Source: Candidatus Kerfeldbacteria bacterium
Lineage (GTDB): Bacteria; Patescibacteriota; Patescibacteriia; UBA9570; XYC2-FULL-38-9
Assembly (NCBI GenBank): GCA_016182555.1
Contig: JACPGJ010000008.1
Location: 220,272-284,271, forward strand
DNA: 64,000 bases
Direction of reading: 5' to 3'
The translations under genes and the position numbers were made by a program. Position 1 is the first letter of the stretch. Each line of letters opens with the position of its first letter. The notes beneath the pieces were generated by a model that was not told the DNA's origin, made no database searches, and saw only the letters and a list, made by a program, of their open reading frames with translations. Below are positions 38,381-49,893 of the stretch, one piece after another.

Positions 38381-39448
38381 ATGGACACATCCCTATTTCA
38401 AAAAATCAAAGAACGGTACGCCGAATTAGAACAATTGCTGCAGTTACCAGAGGTGGTTGCGGATGCTTCGCGTTTAAAAAAAATATCGATTGAGTATACG
38501 GAATACAAAGAGAAAGCAGATGCGATTACACAGTATGAATCCATTCTCAAAGCCATAGATGAAGCACGAACGACCGTAGAAACAGATACCGATGAAGAGA
38601 TGCTCATGCTAGCGCGCGAAGAATTGGTGCGGCTGGAAACAGAACGAGATGCCGCGTGGCGCGGGTTACAACGATTATTTATTCCCAAAGACCCAAACGA
38701 TGGGAAGAATATGATTATTGAAATGCGCGCCGGAGCAGGTGGTGATGAATCTGCATTGTTTGCGTCTGAATTATTTCGAGCGTATGCACGATATGCAGAA
38801 ACGAAAGGGTGGCATATTGATGTCGTTTCAGAAAGTCAAAATGAAATTGGGGGCTATAAGGAAATTATTTTTGAAGTGATGGGTGCGGGTGCCTATGCTG
38901 CATTTAAATATGAAATGGGCGTGCACCGTGTACAACGTGTGCCGGAAACCGAAAAAGCTGGACGTGTGCATACATCGACGGTGACTGTTGCGGTGATGCC
39001 AGAAGCAGAAGAGGTTGATTTAGAAATTGCACCAAACGATTTGCGTATTGATGTGTTTCGTTCGGGTGGCCATGGTGGCCAGAGTGTGAACACTACGGAT
39101 TCGGCCGTGCGCATTACTCACTTACCCACCGGAATGATTGTGACGTGCCAAGATGAAAAATCGCAACATAAAAATAAAGCGAAAGCGATGAAAGTGCTGC
39201 GTTCACGACTGCTCGCACAGATGCGAGAAGAAGAGATGAAAAAACAAAGTGACGCGCGAAAATCACAAATTGGTACCGGTGATCGTTCAGAAAAAATTCG
39301 CACCTATAATTTTCCACAAGACCGCATTACCGACCATCGCATTAAGCAAAGCTGGGGCAATATTGCGGGAAAGATGGAAGGAGATTTCGGAGAAATTATT
39401 GCAGCGTTACGGGAGGCGGATGAGGTGCGCCAGTTAGAACAATTGTAA
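38381..39448 (+). CDS. prfA: Peptide chain release factor 1
   Basis: VPET specificity motif, [15 protein letters not shown]. Confidence 0.97.
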   Translation: MDTSLFQKIKERYAELEQLLQLPEVVADASRLKKISIEYTEYKEKADAITQYESILKAIDEARTTVETDTDEEMLMLAREELVRLETERDAAWRGLQRLFIPKDPNDGKNMIIEMRAGAGGDESALFASELFRAYARYAETKGWHIDVVSESQNEIGGYKEIIFEVMGAGAYAAFKYEMGVHRVQRVPETEKAGRVHTSTVTVAVMPEAEEVDLEIAPNDLRIDVFRSGGHGGQSVNTTDSAVRITHLPTGMIVTCQDEKSQHKNKAKAMKVLRSRLLAQMREEEMKKQSDARKSQIGTGDRSEKIRTYNFPQDRITDHRIKQSWGNIAGKMEGDFGEIIAALREADEVRQLEQL

Positions 39449-40290
39449 TGAATATAAAACAACACATCGCCATTGCAAGTCAAAAATTGAACGCAAGCTC
39501 CACCACTCCTTTACTAGATACAGAAATGTTGATGGGGCATGTGCTAGAAAAAACAAAAGCCTATCTGTTGGCGCATGGAGATATAGAAGTTTCAACAGAT
39601 GAGACTGAACGTTTTTTCGCGTTAGTAGAAGAACGCGCGACAGGAAAACCGATGGCCTATATTATTGGCCACAAAGAATTTTATGGGCGTGAATTTTTTG
39701 TGGATTCCCGCGTATTGATTCCGCGGCCAGAAACGGAAATGATTATTGATGAAGTGTTGGAACGATATGACGCAACAGCGGCACTACGCATTCTGGATCT
39801 TGGTACCGGTTCTGGATGTATTGGCATTACACTCAAAAAAGAGATACCTAGCTCAGCGGTAGTTGCAACAGATGTTTCTGCTGATGCATTAACAGTCGCA
39901 CGCAAAAATGCTAAACACTGGAATGCGGATATCGATTTTCGATTGGGTGACTTATTTGAAGCACTCCATAATACGGATGGTTTCGAAATGATTATTTCAA
40001 ACCCGCCGTATGTAGATACCAAAACTCAACCGAGTATTCTACAAACACAATCATTATCATTTGAACCATCAATCGCACTGAGTCCAACAAACAATGATTC
40101 ATTTTTCATTATTCATCACATACTTCTCGAAGCACGAAAGTGGTTACAACCAACCGGTTTGCTACTACTGGAAATTGGGTATAACCACGGCATGCGAGCA
40201 CAAGAAACCGCACGACATTATTTTCCAAACAAAAAAATAACTGTAAAAAAAGACCTCGCTGGGCACGACCGTTTATTGATTGTTGAATAG
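39448..40290 (+). CDS. prmC: Release factor glutamine methyltransferase
   Basis: LIPRPETE, LDLGTGSG, SNPPY. Confidence 0.95.
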   Translation: MNIKQHIAIASQKLNASSTTPLLDTEMLMGHVLEKTKAYLLAHGDIEVSTDETERFFALVEERATGKPMAYIIGHKEFYGREFFVDSRVLIPRPETEMIIDEVLERYDATAALRILDLGTGSGCIGITLKKEIPSSAVVATDVSADALTVARKNAKHWNADIDFRLGDLFEALHNTDGFEMIISNPPYVDTKTQPSILQTQSLSFEPSIALSPTNNDSFFIIHHILLEARKWLQPTGLLLLEIGYNHGMRAQETARHYFPNKKITVKKDLAGHDRLLIVE

Positions 40291-40378
40291 ATCGTCTATA
40301 AAAACTTGCAAATAATAAAAATACCGCTACAATAGCTCAACTGTTGTGGGGGATTTTTCTTCAGAAAGGATCCAAAAA

Positions 40379-40717
40379 ATGGAAAATATGGATGGATTGT
40401 GGCTGCTGGCACTGGCGCTTGGAGCGCTTTGCCTGCGAAGGTTAGTACAAGAAATTGCGGCCTATCCGCGGCCGCCATTCCTGCTTTGGCTTGTTGGGCT
40501 GCTGACAGCGGTCAGCATACCTCTCACGTTCATTGGGCTTCCGGGTTCGGCTGGAGGCCTCTGGGCGGTGTGGCTTCTGCGGACCGCCGCTTGCCTCTAT
40601 TTTCTTCGCCACCTTCTCTACCCGCTAGAGGTAGCGCGAGAGTGGTTGCAGCAGGAAGAGGCGTCAACGCCGCCGGAAACCGAAAATTCCGGAGGCGACA
40701 AGCCACCGCCGCCATAA
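40379..40717 (+). CDS. GC-rich orphan membrane protein
   Basis: AAGGA SD; three hydrophobic segments; Pro-rich tail. Confidence 0.55.
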   Translation: MENMDGLWLLALALGALCLRRLVQEIAAYPRPPFLLWLVGLLTAVSIPLTFIGLPGSAGGLWAVWLLRTAACLYFLRHLLYPLEVAREWLQQEEASTPPETENSGGDKPPPP

Positions 40718-40732
40718 TTTCCAAAGCAATAT

Positions 40733-40778
40733 AGGCCATGACCGCGAGACGAGGTGCGGGACATGGCCTGATTTTTTT
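40733..40778 (+). terminator. GC-rich hairpin + T-tract
   Basis: AGGCCATG...CATGGCCT then ATTTTTTT. Confidence 0.65.
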
Positions 40779-40811
40779 CTGAATCTTTTATTCTACAGGC
40801 CTACTGCACAA

Positions 40812-43439
40812 TTATTTTTTCGTATTCAACACAATCTTTCCCTTCTTCACATCTACAACCACGCGTGAACCTTCTCGGCTCTTTCCAGAAACAATTTGTA
40901 ACGCCAGTGGATCAAGAATATCCGTTTGAATCACCCGTTTGAGCGGCCGGGCACCATAGACCAAATCATATCCCTTCTCCGCAACATATTCTTTCGCCGC
41001 ATCAGAAAATTCCAACTGAATCTTTTTTTCCAACAATCGCTTCACCACTCGATCAAGCTGAATATTCACAATCTGTTCAATATTTTTCTTACTCAGCGCA
41101 TGGAAAATAATAATCTCATCTACGCGGTTCAGAAACTCTGGTTTGAAACTGTCTTGTAATAACCGCATCACATCTGTTCGCATATCTTCTTCCATCGCCT
41201 CCGCTTTTTTTTCAGATTCCGCTCGGAACCCCATACTTCCATGACGCTGGGCATATTCCTGAATCCGTTGACTGCCAATATTCGACGTCATGATAATAAT
41301 GGTATTCTTGAAATTAATTTTACGGCCTTTGGCATCGGTAATGCGCCCATCATCTAACACTTGCAACAAAATGTTAAACACATCAGGGTGCGCTTTTTCA
41401 ATTTCATCAAAGAGCACGACACTATATGGTCTTCGACGAATAGCTTCCGTGAGTTGACCCGATTCTTCATATCCCACATACCCAGGCGGCGAACCAATAA
41501 TTTTAGAAATCGAATGCGGTTCCATATATTCCGACATATCCACGCGCACAATCGCCTCGGAGTCGTTGAACATAAAATCGGCCAACGCCTTTGCCAGCTC
41601 TGTTTTCCCAACTCCCGTCGGACCCATAAAAATAAAAGAACCGATCGGTCGTTTTTCTTCCCCAACACCCGCACGAGAGCGACGAATCGCATTCGCAATC
41701 GCACGAATAGCCTCAGCTTGACCAACAACACGTTTGTCTAATTCCTCTTCCATTTTTTCCAACTTCTGCCCTTCTGATTCCAACATTTTATTCACCGGAA
41801 TACCAGTCCAACGCGAAACAACACCAGCAATATCTTCATCTGTCACTTCTTCTTTCAAAATGCGCTGCTTCTTTTGCATCTGCTGCAACTTGCGTTGTAA
41901 ATCATCCACGGTTTTTTCGCATTCTGGAATTTTGCCATAGCGAATTTCGGCCACGGTTCGCAAATCACCTTCACGCTCTTTAATATCAGCTTCCCCACGT
42001 AAACGATCAATCTCCTCTTTTTTAATATGAATTTCAGAAAGAATATCGCGTTCATTTTTCCACTGCAATTCTAACTGTTGCGAAGAATCACGAATTTCGG
42101 ATAACTCTTTCTCAATCTTACTAATCTCTTCTTTATTTTCATCCGCATCTTTGCGCAAAGCTTCCCGTTCCACTTCTAACTGCATAATGCGGCGCTTCAT
42201 TTTATCCAATTCTTCTGGCATTGAATCAATTTGCATGCGCAGAGCGGAAGCCGCTTCGTCAATCAAGTCAATCGCTTTATCTGGCAAAAACCGATCCGCG
42301 ATATACCGGTGCGACAATTCAGCCGCGGTAATAATCGCTTGGTCGGTGATGCGCACGCCATGGTGCACTTCATATTTTTCTTTAATGCCACGCAAAATCG
42401 CAATCGTACTTTCTACCGATGGTTCACCCACAAAAATGGGCTGGAACCTGCGCTCCAGGGCTGCATCTTTTTCAATATATTTTTGATATTCTTTCAACGT
42501 GGTTGCGCCAATCGCGTGGAGTTTTCCACGAGCCAACGCCGGTTTTAATAAATTCGCCGCATCCACTGTGCCTTCCGCGCCACCCGCACCCACAATCGTA
42601 TGCAATTCGTCAATAAATAAAATAACGCGACCAGCCTGCTCATCAATTTCTTTCAGTACCGCTTTCATTCGTTCTTCAAATTCACCACGAAACTTAGTTC
42701 CCGCAAGCAACAAACCAATATCCAGCGAAACGACTTCTTTATTTTTAAGCGAATCAGGCACATCGCCAGCGACAATCCGTTGTGCTAACCCTTCAACAAT
42801 AGCCGTTTTCCCCGTGCCCGGCTCGCCAATCAGCACAGGGTTATTTTTGGTTCGACGCGAAAGCACTTGCATCGCACGGCGAATTTCGTCATCCCGACCA
42901 ATCACTGGGTCGAGTTTTTCTTCTCGAGCCAGTTTCGTCAAATTCATGGTATATTTTTCCAGCGCCTGATATTTTGTTTCCGGTTCTGGTGAGGTCACCC
43001 GGTGAGTACCACGCAATTCTTTCACCACCGCCAGTACACCTTTATAATCGAGTCCAAATTTTTTCAGTAAATGCTGCGCATCAGATTTCACCTGCAGCAG
43101 CGCCAGCAAAAAATGTTCTGTCGACATATACTCATCTTCCAACTTTTGTGATTCTTTCGATGCCTGCATCAACACTCCATTCATCTCTTGACTCACAAAA
43201 ATTTGACCCGGCTCGCCAATGGTTGGAATAGTACTCAAACGACGTAACAACTCTTCCGTCAGTTCCGGAATGGGAACATTTAATCGATTCAGTACGGGCA
43301 CGACAATCGTATTTTCTTGTTCAATCAATGCTTGCAATACATGTAATGGCACAATTTGTTGCTGGCCAAGGTTAAGGGCAATACTATGCGCATGTTGCAA
43401 CGCTTCCTGCGCTTTTCTGGTGAGTTTATTTAAATCCAT
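40812..43439 (-). CDS. clpB: Chaperone ClpB
   Basis: Two AAA modules ([16 protein letters not shown]), middle coiled coil, GSPPGYVGY. Confidence 0.96.
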   Translation of the reverse strand: MDLNKLTRKAQEALQHAHSIALNLGQQQIVPLHVLQALIEQENTIVVPVLNRLNVPIPELTEELLRRLSTIPTIGEPGQIFVSQEMNGVLMQASKESQKLEDEYMSTEHFLLALLQVKSDAQHLLKKFGLDYKGVLAVVKELRGTHRVTSPEPETKYQALEKYTMNLTKLAREEKLDPVIGRDDEIRRAMQVLSRRTKNNPVLIGEPGTGKTAIVEGLAQRIVAGDVPDSLKNKEVVSLDIGLLLAGTKFRGEFEERMKAVLKEIDEQAGRVILFIDELHTIVGAGGAEGTVDAANLLKPALARGKLHAIGATTLKEYQKYIEKDAALERRFQPIFVGEPSVESTIAILRGIKEKYEVHHGVRITDQAIITAAELSHRYIADRFLPDKAIDLIDEAASALRMQIDSMPEELDKMKRRIMQLEVEREALRKDADENKEEISKIEKELSEIRDSSQQLELQWKNERDILSEIHIKKEEIDRLRGEADIKEREGDLRTVAEIRYGKIPECEKTVDDLQRKLQQMQKKQRILKEEVTDEDIAGVVSRWTGIPVNKMLESEGQKLEKMEEELDKRVVGQAEAIRAIANAIRRSRAGVGEEKRPIGSFIFMGPTGVGKTELAKALADFMFNDSEAIVRVDMSEYMEPHSISKIIGSPPGYVGYEESGQLTEAIRRRPYSVVLFDEIEKAHPDVFNILLQVLDDGRITDAKGRKINFKNTIIIMTSNIGSQRIQEYAQRHGSMGFRAESEKKAEAMEEDMRTDVMRLLQDSFKPEFLNRVDEIIIFHALSKKNIEQIVNIQLDRVVKRLLEKKIQLEFSDAAKEYVAEKGYDLVYGARPLKRVIQTDILDPLALQIVSGKSREGSRVVVDVKKGKIVLNTKK

Positions 43440-43522
43440 AATATAAAAATTAGTATTCTATTGTACTCTTACACTATCGAAAAACCGAGCAAAAATCAAG
43501 CGACGACTCCTGAATAGTATTT

Positions 43523-44476
43523 TTAGAACTTTCGCACTGGGCAGGGTTCAGTATAATTTTTTTCGTATCTATCGCAGAATTGTTCAATCGTGAAATGGTG
43601 TTCTTGGCTGCCGTAGTGTTCAATCGCATACGCCGCAGCCACAGAACCGAAGCGACCCATCTGTTCAAGTGTCGCACCAATCGCAATACCTTTTAATACT
43701 CCGGCACGATAGGCATCACCGGCGCTGGTGGTGTCTACAATCGCGTCACTTGATACCCGCGGAATATGAATAGTTTGGTCTCGGGTTTGAATACGCGAAC
43801 CATCTCCCCCGAGCGTAGTGATAAGCGTTTCTGTCCACTGTAAAATTTCCAATTCACTTATACGGAATCGCCTCTTTACGGTTTCTAACTCATATTCGTT
43901 AATCGTAAGCATTGTTGCGCCTTCAACAAGCCGACGAAAATCGGATTTTGCATAGCGCGCAATCGTTTGGCCAGGATCAAAAATATATCGAATGCGTTCT
44001 CGCATGCATTGGTGGGCGTATGCAATCGTTTCATTGTTGTTGTCACGCGGTGACAAAATCATGATCGTTTGCGCAGGGTTGAAATCAGCGGTACTAAATG
44101 GGACATTGCGATGAAGCGCACCCGGATAAAAAAATGCTACTTGGTAATGTTCGTCGTCGTTGACCACCGTGAATGTCGATGTTTGTGCATCTGGATAGAC
44201 TTCAATATATTCTGTTGAAATACCAAGTCGCTGGAGATGCTGAAGATATTGTTGCCCATCGCCACCAATCGCGGATAAAATAATCGGTTGTTCACCAAGC
44301 ATTTTTAACGTATACGCAATGGCTCCCCCGCCGCCGCCAAACCGAATCTTTGTATCATCGATGAGAAGTGAGAGATTTAATTTGTGCAACTGATCAACCA
44401 AAAATGCATCTTGAAAGCGCCCAGGATAGTGCATAATCCGATCAAAATCGAGTGTACCGTGAACAAGAATATTCAT
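43523..44476 (-). CDS. PfkB family (adenosine kinase-like) kinase
   Basis: FDPGQ, INEYE, VDTTSAGDAYRAG. Confidence 0.9.
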   Translation of the reverse strand: MNILVHGTLDFDRIMHYPGRFQDAFLVDQLHKLNLSLLIDDTKIRFGGGGGAIAYTLKMLGEQPIILSAIGGDGQQYLQHLQRLGISTEYIEVYPDAQTSTFTVVNDDEHYQVAFFYPGALHRNVPFSTADFNPAQTIMILSPRDNNNETIAYAHQCMRERIRYIFDPGQTIARYAKSDFRRLVEGATMLTINEYELETVKRRFRISELEILQWTETLITTLGGDGSRIQTRDQTIHIPRVSSDAIVDTTSAGDAYRAGVLKGIAIGATLEQMGRFGSVAAAYAIEHYGSQEHHFTIEQFCDRYEKNYTEPCPVRKF

Positions 44477-45177
44477 ATCGCAACGATTTTCAGCAATTCT
44501 TGCACTTGTGTTTCCCACTGTGGCGCAGGATCAAAAAGATTTGTAAGCTGTTGCACTAATTCAAGTAATTTTTTAGTTTGCGATTGTAAATCGTGTCTGA
44601 TTACCGTTTCGTTTTTTGTTTTTTGGAGTTCTTTTCTGAGATTGCTACATTTATGCAATTGAGTCTGAACCTGTTTTTTTATCGCTATATTCTGTTGTTG
44701 GTTTACATCTTGTTGCATGTTCTGCAAAATCATTTCCAAGAAAAATATCTGGTCACTCACTTCGTTTTTCCAGTCGTCATCTTTGGTGATAACCTCTATT
44801 TTTTCCTCTGGTTCTTTTTTTGAAGAGATTAAGAGTGCTGTATAGGGCTGTATACTGCTACGCAACTCACCCGCGACGAGAGAAGCTGCGTCTGAAGAAG
44901 AGGCTTGAAGTATTTGTTCTATTTTTTGAAGCAGCGGTAAAAGCTCTTCTCTTCTTTGTTCAGAATATGTTCTATAATCGTTTGATACAGATTGAATGGG
45001 GATGACCACTTCATCTTGAAATTGATCGTAAGTGTACCCATAATTGTCTGGGGAACTGCGTGCATTTCTCATAATCCATACGCGTATATGAAACAACAGC
45101 ATACCTATCTCATACAGGCGCGTATCGTGCTCCCGGTCATGATGAACAATTTTTCTTTCTAATCGAATTTCAGACAT
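44473..45177 (-). CDS. Orphan helical protein
   Basis: 234-aa ORF with ATGA overlap onto the PfkB gene. Confidence 0.7.
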   Translation of the reverse strand: MSEIRLERKIVHHDREHDTRLYEIGMLLFHIRVWIMRNARSSPDNYGYTYDQFQDEVVIPIQSVSNDYRTYSEQRREELLPLLQKIEQILQASSSDAASLVAGELRSSIQPYTALLISSKKEPEEKIEVITKDDDWKNEVSDQIFFLEMILQNMQQDVNQQQNIAIKKQVQTQLHKCSNLRKELQKTKNETVIRHDLQSQTKKLLELVQQLTNLFDPAPQWETQVQELLKIVAI

Positions 45178-45194
45178 AGGAAGGCATCTTATTT

Positions 45195-46928
45195 TTAAAT
45201 TATTTCAGCATTATAACACTCTTTGCAATAGATTATTTCTTTGCGGTCTGGTGCGTATGCGGTTTGAAATGTTCGTGAACACAGCGTATCAGCGTGATCA
45301 TGTGTTGCCGTATTGGTGTACACTCCATTTTCGGATTGACTGCCTGCACACTGACACGTTTGTTTCCACAGTTTGCGTGGATCACGATGACTTAATCGTT
45401 TTTGAAAACGACAATCTGCACAGCGCCGAGGGATTGGAATAGTGTGCTTCTGATAAAATGCAAATTCCGGCTGAGTGATTTTGAAATTCTTCTGGCAATC
45501 GATACAGGCAAAAACGTGCTTTGTTACATCTGCGGAAACATCACTAATAGTATCTGGCATATCACTCCACTGAATTGTTTCTTTTCTATATGTTCCCGGC
45601 AAATCTTTTTTCCAACGCAATCCTTCCGCCTCCACTTCTGTTTTTGTTTTTGGATACCATTGTTGAACCGTTGATTCATTATATGCATACGGCGATAAAT
45701 GCATAGGGAAAAATTCTCCCCACTCACCTGTTTGTTTCATGTGGGCAATCAATTTTTCTTTCAGCATCGCGAATTCTTCGGGAGTATATTCTTTATTCAA
45801 AATCGCATACTTTTTTTTCCGCAAACCCGCACATCCAAACAAATTTTCTGTACTATGACAACTATCCACATATTGTGAATCACGTAAGTCACGACAAGCA
45901 TGTGCAAAAGCAATATTATATAATCGAGCGCCATTTTGTATCTCGTAGAGTAATTCACAATTCATACCGACTTGATCACAATCCATAGAATCTACTATTC
46001 CACCAGAATCAGATATATATGCGCAATTATTTGCATCAATCGTGTCAAAACTTTTTCGTACATTATTACAATGCTGTAAATAATTTCCTGAAATATTTTC
46101 ACTCGTACGAATAGATATTTCGTGTCGAGGAATTTGTTCTGTATATTCCCAAAATTCTTTTTGTAGTTTTTCTATCGTTTGTGTATCACTAAAATTGAAT
46201 AACTGGAGTTTTTGAAAATACTCTTCTTTTGTGTACTGCACATTCCGTATACAATATTCAGCATTTTTCAAATTTACACACTGAAAACAATTTGAAGAAT
46301 TATGACAATTATAGAGGAATAAAGAATCGGTAATATGCGTGCTGTTATAAATAAATCGCGAGTTATAACAATGTGTAATATCTTGAGAATCGTAACATAA
46401 TTGTGAATTCAATGTAAAAGAACAATCAATACAATCATTTGAGGCGCTTGTCCAATACGTATAATATAACCGTTGGCTCGAGAAACTAAAAATAGCGAGA
46501 TAAGAATCGACGATATTCTCCACTTCATTACAAAACTCACTATTTTCTGATTTCAAATTTACTAAAGAAATACGTGGAACAGCGAGCAATAATTCTTGGA
46601 ACTGCTCAAAAAATGGACGACTGAAATCAATAGCGCGTGCGAATGTGGCTGCATCCCATTTGTCGCTCCACCAACACGTTGGACAGTAAATGGTGTAGGG
46701 TGAATCTGCGGAGTAGGTGGAAATAATTTGTTTGTTACACAAATCGCAGGTTCGTGAATATAATACGCGTTCATTGCGCCACGCAAATCGACGCCTATTT
46801 CGGCAATCCGCGCACCACGTCGGCGCGGGCACTTGAATCTTTTCATAAAACACAAAATCTTCGGGTTCAACCGTAAATTCCTGTGCACAATTTTGGCACT
46901 GCCGTTGTTCGGCTTGTTGATTCGACAT
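45195..46928 (-). CDS. Cys-rich zinc-ribbon/beta-helix protein of CPR-expanded family
   Basis: CQNC, PTWCADCR, YCPTCWWSD, WGEFFP, PRRCADCR, YCKECY. Confidence 0.8.
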   Translation of the reverse strand: MSNQQAEQRQCQNCAQEFTVEPEDFVFYEKIQVPAPTWCADCRNRRRFAWRNERVLYSRTCDLCNKQIISTYSADSPYTIYCPTCWWSDKWDAATFARAIDFSRPFFEQFQELLLAVPRISLVNLKSENSEFCNEVENIVDSYLAIFSFSSQRLYYTYWTSASNDCIDCSFTLNSQLCYDSQDITHCYNSRFIYNSTHITDSLFLYNCHNSSNCFQCVNLKNAEYCIRNVQYTKEEYFQKLQLFNFSDTQTIEKLQKEFWEYTEQIPRHEISIRTSENISGNYLQHCNNVRKSFDTIDANNCAYISDSGGIVDSMDCDQVGMNCELLYEIQNGARLYNIAFAHACRDLRDSQYVDSCHSTENLFGCAGLRKKKYAILNKEYTPEEFAMLKEKLIAHMKQTGEWGEFFPMHLSPYAYNESTVQQWYPKTKTEVEAEGLRWKKDLPGTYRKETIQWSDMPDTISDVSADVTKHVFACIDCQKNFKITQPEFAFYQKHTIPIPRRCADCRFQKRLSHRDPRKLWKQTCQCAGSQSENGVYTNTATHDHADTLCSRTFQTAYAPDRKEIIYCKECYNAEII

Positions 46929-46966
46929 ACCTGAACAGTATATCAGCCTCTCGCTTGAAAGCAAAT

Positions 46967-47311
46967 CTACAAATAATGAAATTCTACGTTTTCTTCTGAA
47001 AGAATAACCACGACTTTTTTCTGTAATCTTTTAAGAAGAACCAGAGTATTCAAAAGTAGCAACAAATATTTCAGCGTATTTTTAGGTCGTTGATTATAAA
47101 AACGTAAAAGAATTATAGACGATTGTATTTGCTGTAAAAAATCTTTATCGTGAGTGATAATGATGAAATTTTTTCGCCCAGCGTATACAACTAATTCTTT
47201 ATCTGTTTTTCCATACCACCCTTCTTCTTTAACATCAATAATTTCATGTCCAGCTTCACGCAAACCGAGTACAACTGAACGAGCAACATTTTCATCTGTG
47301 AGAAAATGCAT
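46967..47311 (-). CDS. DUF5615 PIN-like toxin
   Basis: FLTDENV, GKTDKEL, IITHDKDF. Confidence 0.88.
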   Translation of the reverse strand: MHFLTDENVARSVVLGLREAGHEIIDVKEEGWYGKTDKELVVYAGRKNFIIITHDKDFLQQIQSSIILLRFYNQRPKNTLKYLLLLLNTLVLLKRLQKKVVVILSEENVEFHYL

Positions 47312-47313
47312 AT

Positions 47314-47565
47314 TTATCGCGCATGAACCACGCTCAACTTCAGTGGTATAATTTCTTCACGCGAAACAGCATGCTTTGCAAATGCAAGAGCAGCTTCTAG
47401 ATCAGCTTTTTTGATGTGATCGTATTCTGCAATAATTTCATTAAACGACATTCCGGAACGCATCAATTCCAAAATAAACTCCACTGAAATACGAGTCCCT
47501 TTAATCAGTGGTTTTCCTCCTAATACATCAGGGTTGCTGACAATACGTTTTGAAAATGTATTCAT
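47314..47565 (-). CDS. DUF433 antitoxin
   Basis: PDVLGGKPLIKGTRISV. Confidence 0.9.
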   Translation of the reverse strand: MNTFSKRIVSNPDVLGGKPLIKGTRISVEFILELMRSGMSFNEIIAEYDHIKKADLEAALAFAKHAVSREEIIPLKLSVVHAR

Positions 47566-47638
47566 ATTTTTCCTTTCTATATACAATATACGATAAAGTA
47601 CCGCCTCTGTCAACTTTTATCCACAAATTCTACAAATT

Positions 47639-49891
47639 CTAGACCAACGGCGCTTCAAATGTCTGATCTGCGGTATCATCCGCTACTGGAGGCGGAACGA
47701 CGGAAGCAGTAGGGACGGATTCGGCTGGAACCGCGGATTTCACCACGGGTTGTGCCGCTGACTTCGTAGCAGGCTTTGGGGCGGGACCGGCGATCTCCGC
47801 TTCCACGTCACCTAGCGGCGTGGCATATTTTCGGCGACTTGCGGCAATACACTGCTCCGCAATACCACTCTTGAAATCTGGGTCAGCGACATCTGCACTC
47901 ATGGCACTAAACGCTGGTGTCACCACACCATCAATCGAAATCTTCAAATACATTTCGCGAACACCCAAATTCATAATATCATAGGCTGAAAAACGTGGCG
48001 CAAATTCGTTGGCCACATATTGCGCGTCTTCGGCACCTAAACGAAAGGTAATCATGGAACCGACATTACCAAACACCGTTTCACGCGTTGCCGGCAACAA
48101 TTGTCCCAAATACTGATGCGACACCGTTAAATTCAAGCGATATTTACGCGCTTCAGACAAAATATTATCAAACGTCTTCGTAGCGAAATTTTGAAACTCA
48201 TCGACGTACAAGTAAAAATCTTTACGCTCGTCTGCGGAAACCAATGCCCGCGCCATAATATGCTGTTCAATTTTCGTAATAATTAACGAACCAAGCAATG
48301 CCGAATTTTCTTCTCCCAACTTCCCCTTAGATAATTCCACCAACAAAATACGTTGGTTATTCATAATGTCATCAAAATCCACTTTGTTCATTTGCTGGGC
48401 CACAATATTGCGCACCATTTCGTTCGACAAAAATTGACCCAGCTTGTTCACTAACGGAACAATCGCTTCATTATCAAATTTTTCTGACCAACTGGAAAAT
48501 TCATTTGCCCAGAATTTTTTCACCACATGATCTTGAATTTCCGCAATCACTGCTTGGCGGTAAGATCGATCAGTCAACATTTGCTGCATGCCCATGATCG
48601 TCGCTTTATGATAATCGAGCAACGCGAGAATGGTAAAACGAAATACATGTTCGATTTTCGGTGACCAATCTGCACCAAAAAATTTCTTAAAAATTTCAAT
48701 CATTCCCTGCGCCACTTGCTGTTTTAAATCGCGCGAAACATTCGCAATCGGGTTAAAGGCAATCGGAAATTCTAAATCTGATGGGCTGAAATAGACCACA
48801 TCTTCGGTGCGCTCTTTCGGCACATGGTACAACAGCGCTTGAATCAAGTCGCCATGAGGATCAATCACACACACCCCTTTGCCAGCCACGATATCATTGA
48901 TAATTAACTTTTCCAACAATTTACTTTTGCCAACACCACTCTTCCCAACAATATATAAATGGCGACGACGGTCGACACGCTTAATACCAAATTCCACAGC
49001 CGTACCACGAAAATTGGTAACACCAAAACGCGACAGCTCCGCAGGCGAAGTATTTTTTAACGTCGGTAAATTCATCGGCGGTTCAGCTTTGCGCGAATAG
49101 ACCCAATTGACGCCACGAATTTTTGAAACCGGGTCCGGTGCGTGAAATAGCAACGCTAACTCTTCGGTATTGACCATTCCACTCGAACGCTGCGCATGGG
49201 AAAAGTAATCATTCACCAACGTTTGGGTATCAGGAAATACATTCACCCGTAAATATTTTTGTTCCGTAGCGAGTGGGCTAAACACATGCTGCAACGTGGA
49301 TGTCGTGATTTCCGGATCTTCAGATCCATCCGTAAAATACAACATTCTCACCGTCGCTTGGAAATGTGGCTTTTCATCTTCCCGTACTTCTTTCTCCACA
49401 ATACTGTACATACTTCCCTCTTCTGCGACCATCGATTCATCAATCGGGCTCAAAATGAGTTGATAAAAAATAGCATCGTGCGAAGAAACCTGCGCAAAGG
49501 TGTTGAACAACACGTTCAGCGGATCTTCAGAAAATGTTTCGGCAGAACGCAAATGCACCGCTTCACTACCAACCAAACGCACCTTTAAACCTACAGCTTG
49601 CGGTGGCACATTCGCGATATCAATATACTGATCCACTTCCTGAATGTGGGTATCTGGAAAAAGTGCAAATAAAAATGCCATCACGGCATTCACTAATGGT
49701 CGTGGGCAAATGATATAAAAATTGATCGCTCCATGAATTTGCACAATTTCCACCGAAATACTAGCAGTGTTAGCGACCAATAAATGAAAAATATTATAAA
49801 ACAACAATTCGAATTGTTTGATACGAGCGAGTGGCGGCTTTCCGGAATCTTCGAACGGAAACCGCAAATGCAACATGGTGGCATTATTCAT
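47639..49891 (-). CDS. VirD4/TrwB-like ATPase fused to N-terminal accessory domain
   Basis: DRRRHLYIVGKSGVGKS, IDPHGDL, YVDEFQNF, SEARKY. Confidence 0.88.
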   Translation of the reverse strand: MNNATMLHLRFPFEDSGKPPLARIKQFELLFYNIFHLLVANTASISVEIVQIHGAINFYIICPRPLVNAVMAFLFALFPDTHIQEVDQYIDIANVPPQAVGLKVRLVGSEAVHLRSAETFSEDPLNVLFNTFAQVSSHDAIFYQLILSPIDESMVAEEGSMYSIVEKEVREDEKPHFQATVRMLYFTDGSEDPEITTSTLQHVFSPLATEQKYLRVNVFPDTQTLVNDYFSHAQRSSGMVNTEELALLFHAPDPVSKIRGVNWVYSRKAEPPMNLPTLKNTSPAELSRFGVTNFRGTAVEFGIKRVDRRRHLYIVGKSGVGKSKLLEKLIINDIVAGKGVCVIDPHGDLIQALLYHVPKERTEDVVYFSPSDLEFPIAFNPIANVSRDLKQQVAQGMIEIFKKFFGADWSPKIEHVFRFTILALLDYHKATIMGMQQMLTDRSYRQAVIAEIQDHVVKKFWANEFSSWSEKFDNEAIVPLVNKLGQFLSNEMVRNIVAQQMNKVDFDDIMNNQRILLVELSKGKLGEENSALLGSLIITKIEQHIMARALVSADERKDFYLYVDEFQNFATKTFDNILSEARKYRLNLTVSHQYLGQLLPATRETVFGNVGSMITFRLGAEDAQYVANEFAPRFSAYDIMNLGVREMYLKISIDGVVTPAFSAMSADVADPDFKSGIAEQCIAASRRKYATPLGDVEAEIAGPAPKPATKSAAQPVVKSAVPAESVPTASVVPPPVADDTADQTFEAPLV

Positions 49892-49893
49892 AA

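Noticed and set aside
43440-43522. CIRCE/CtsR site upstream of clpB
   Set aside because: No TTAGCACTC-N9-GAGTGCTAA or clear heptad repeat.
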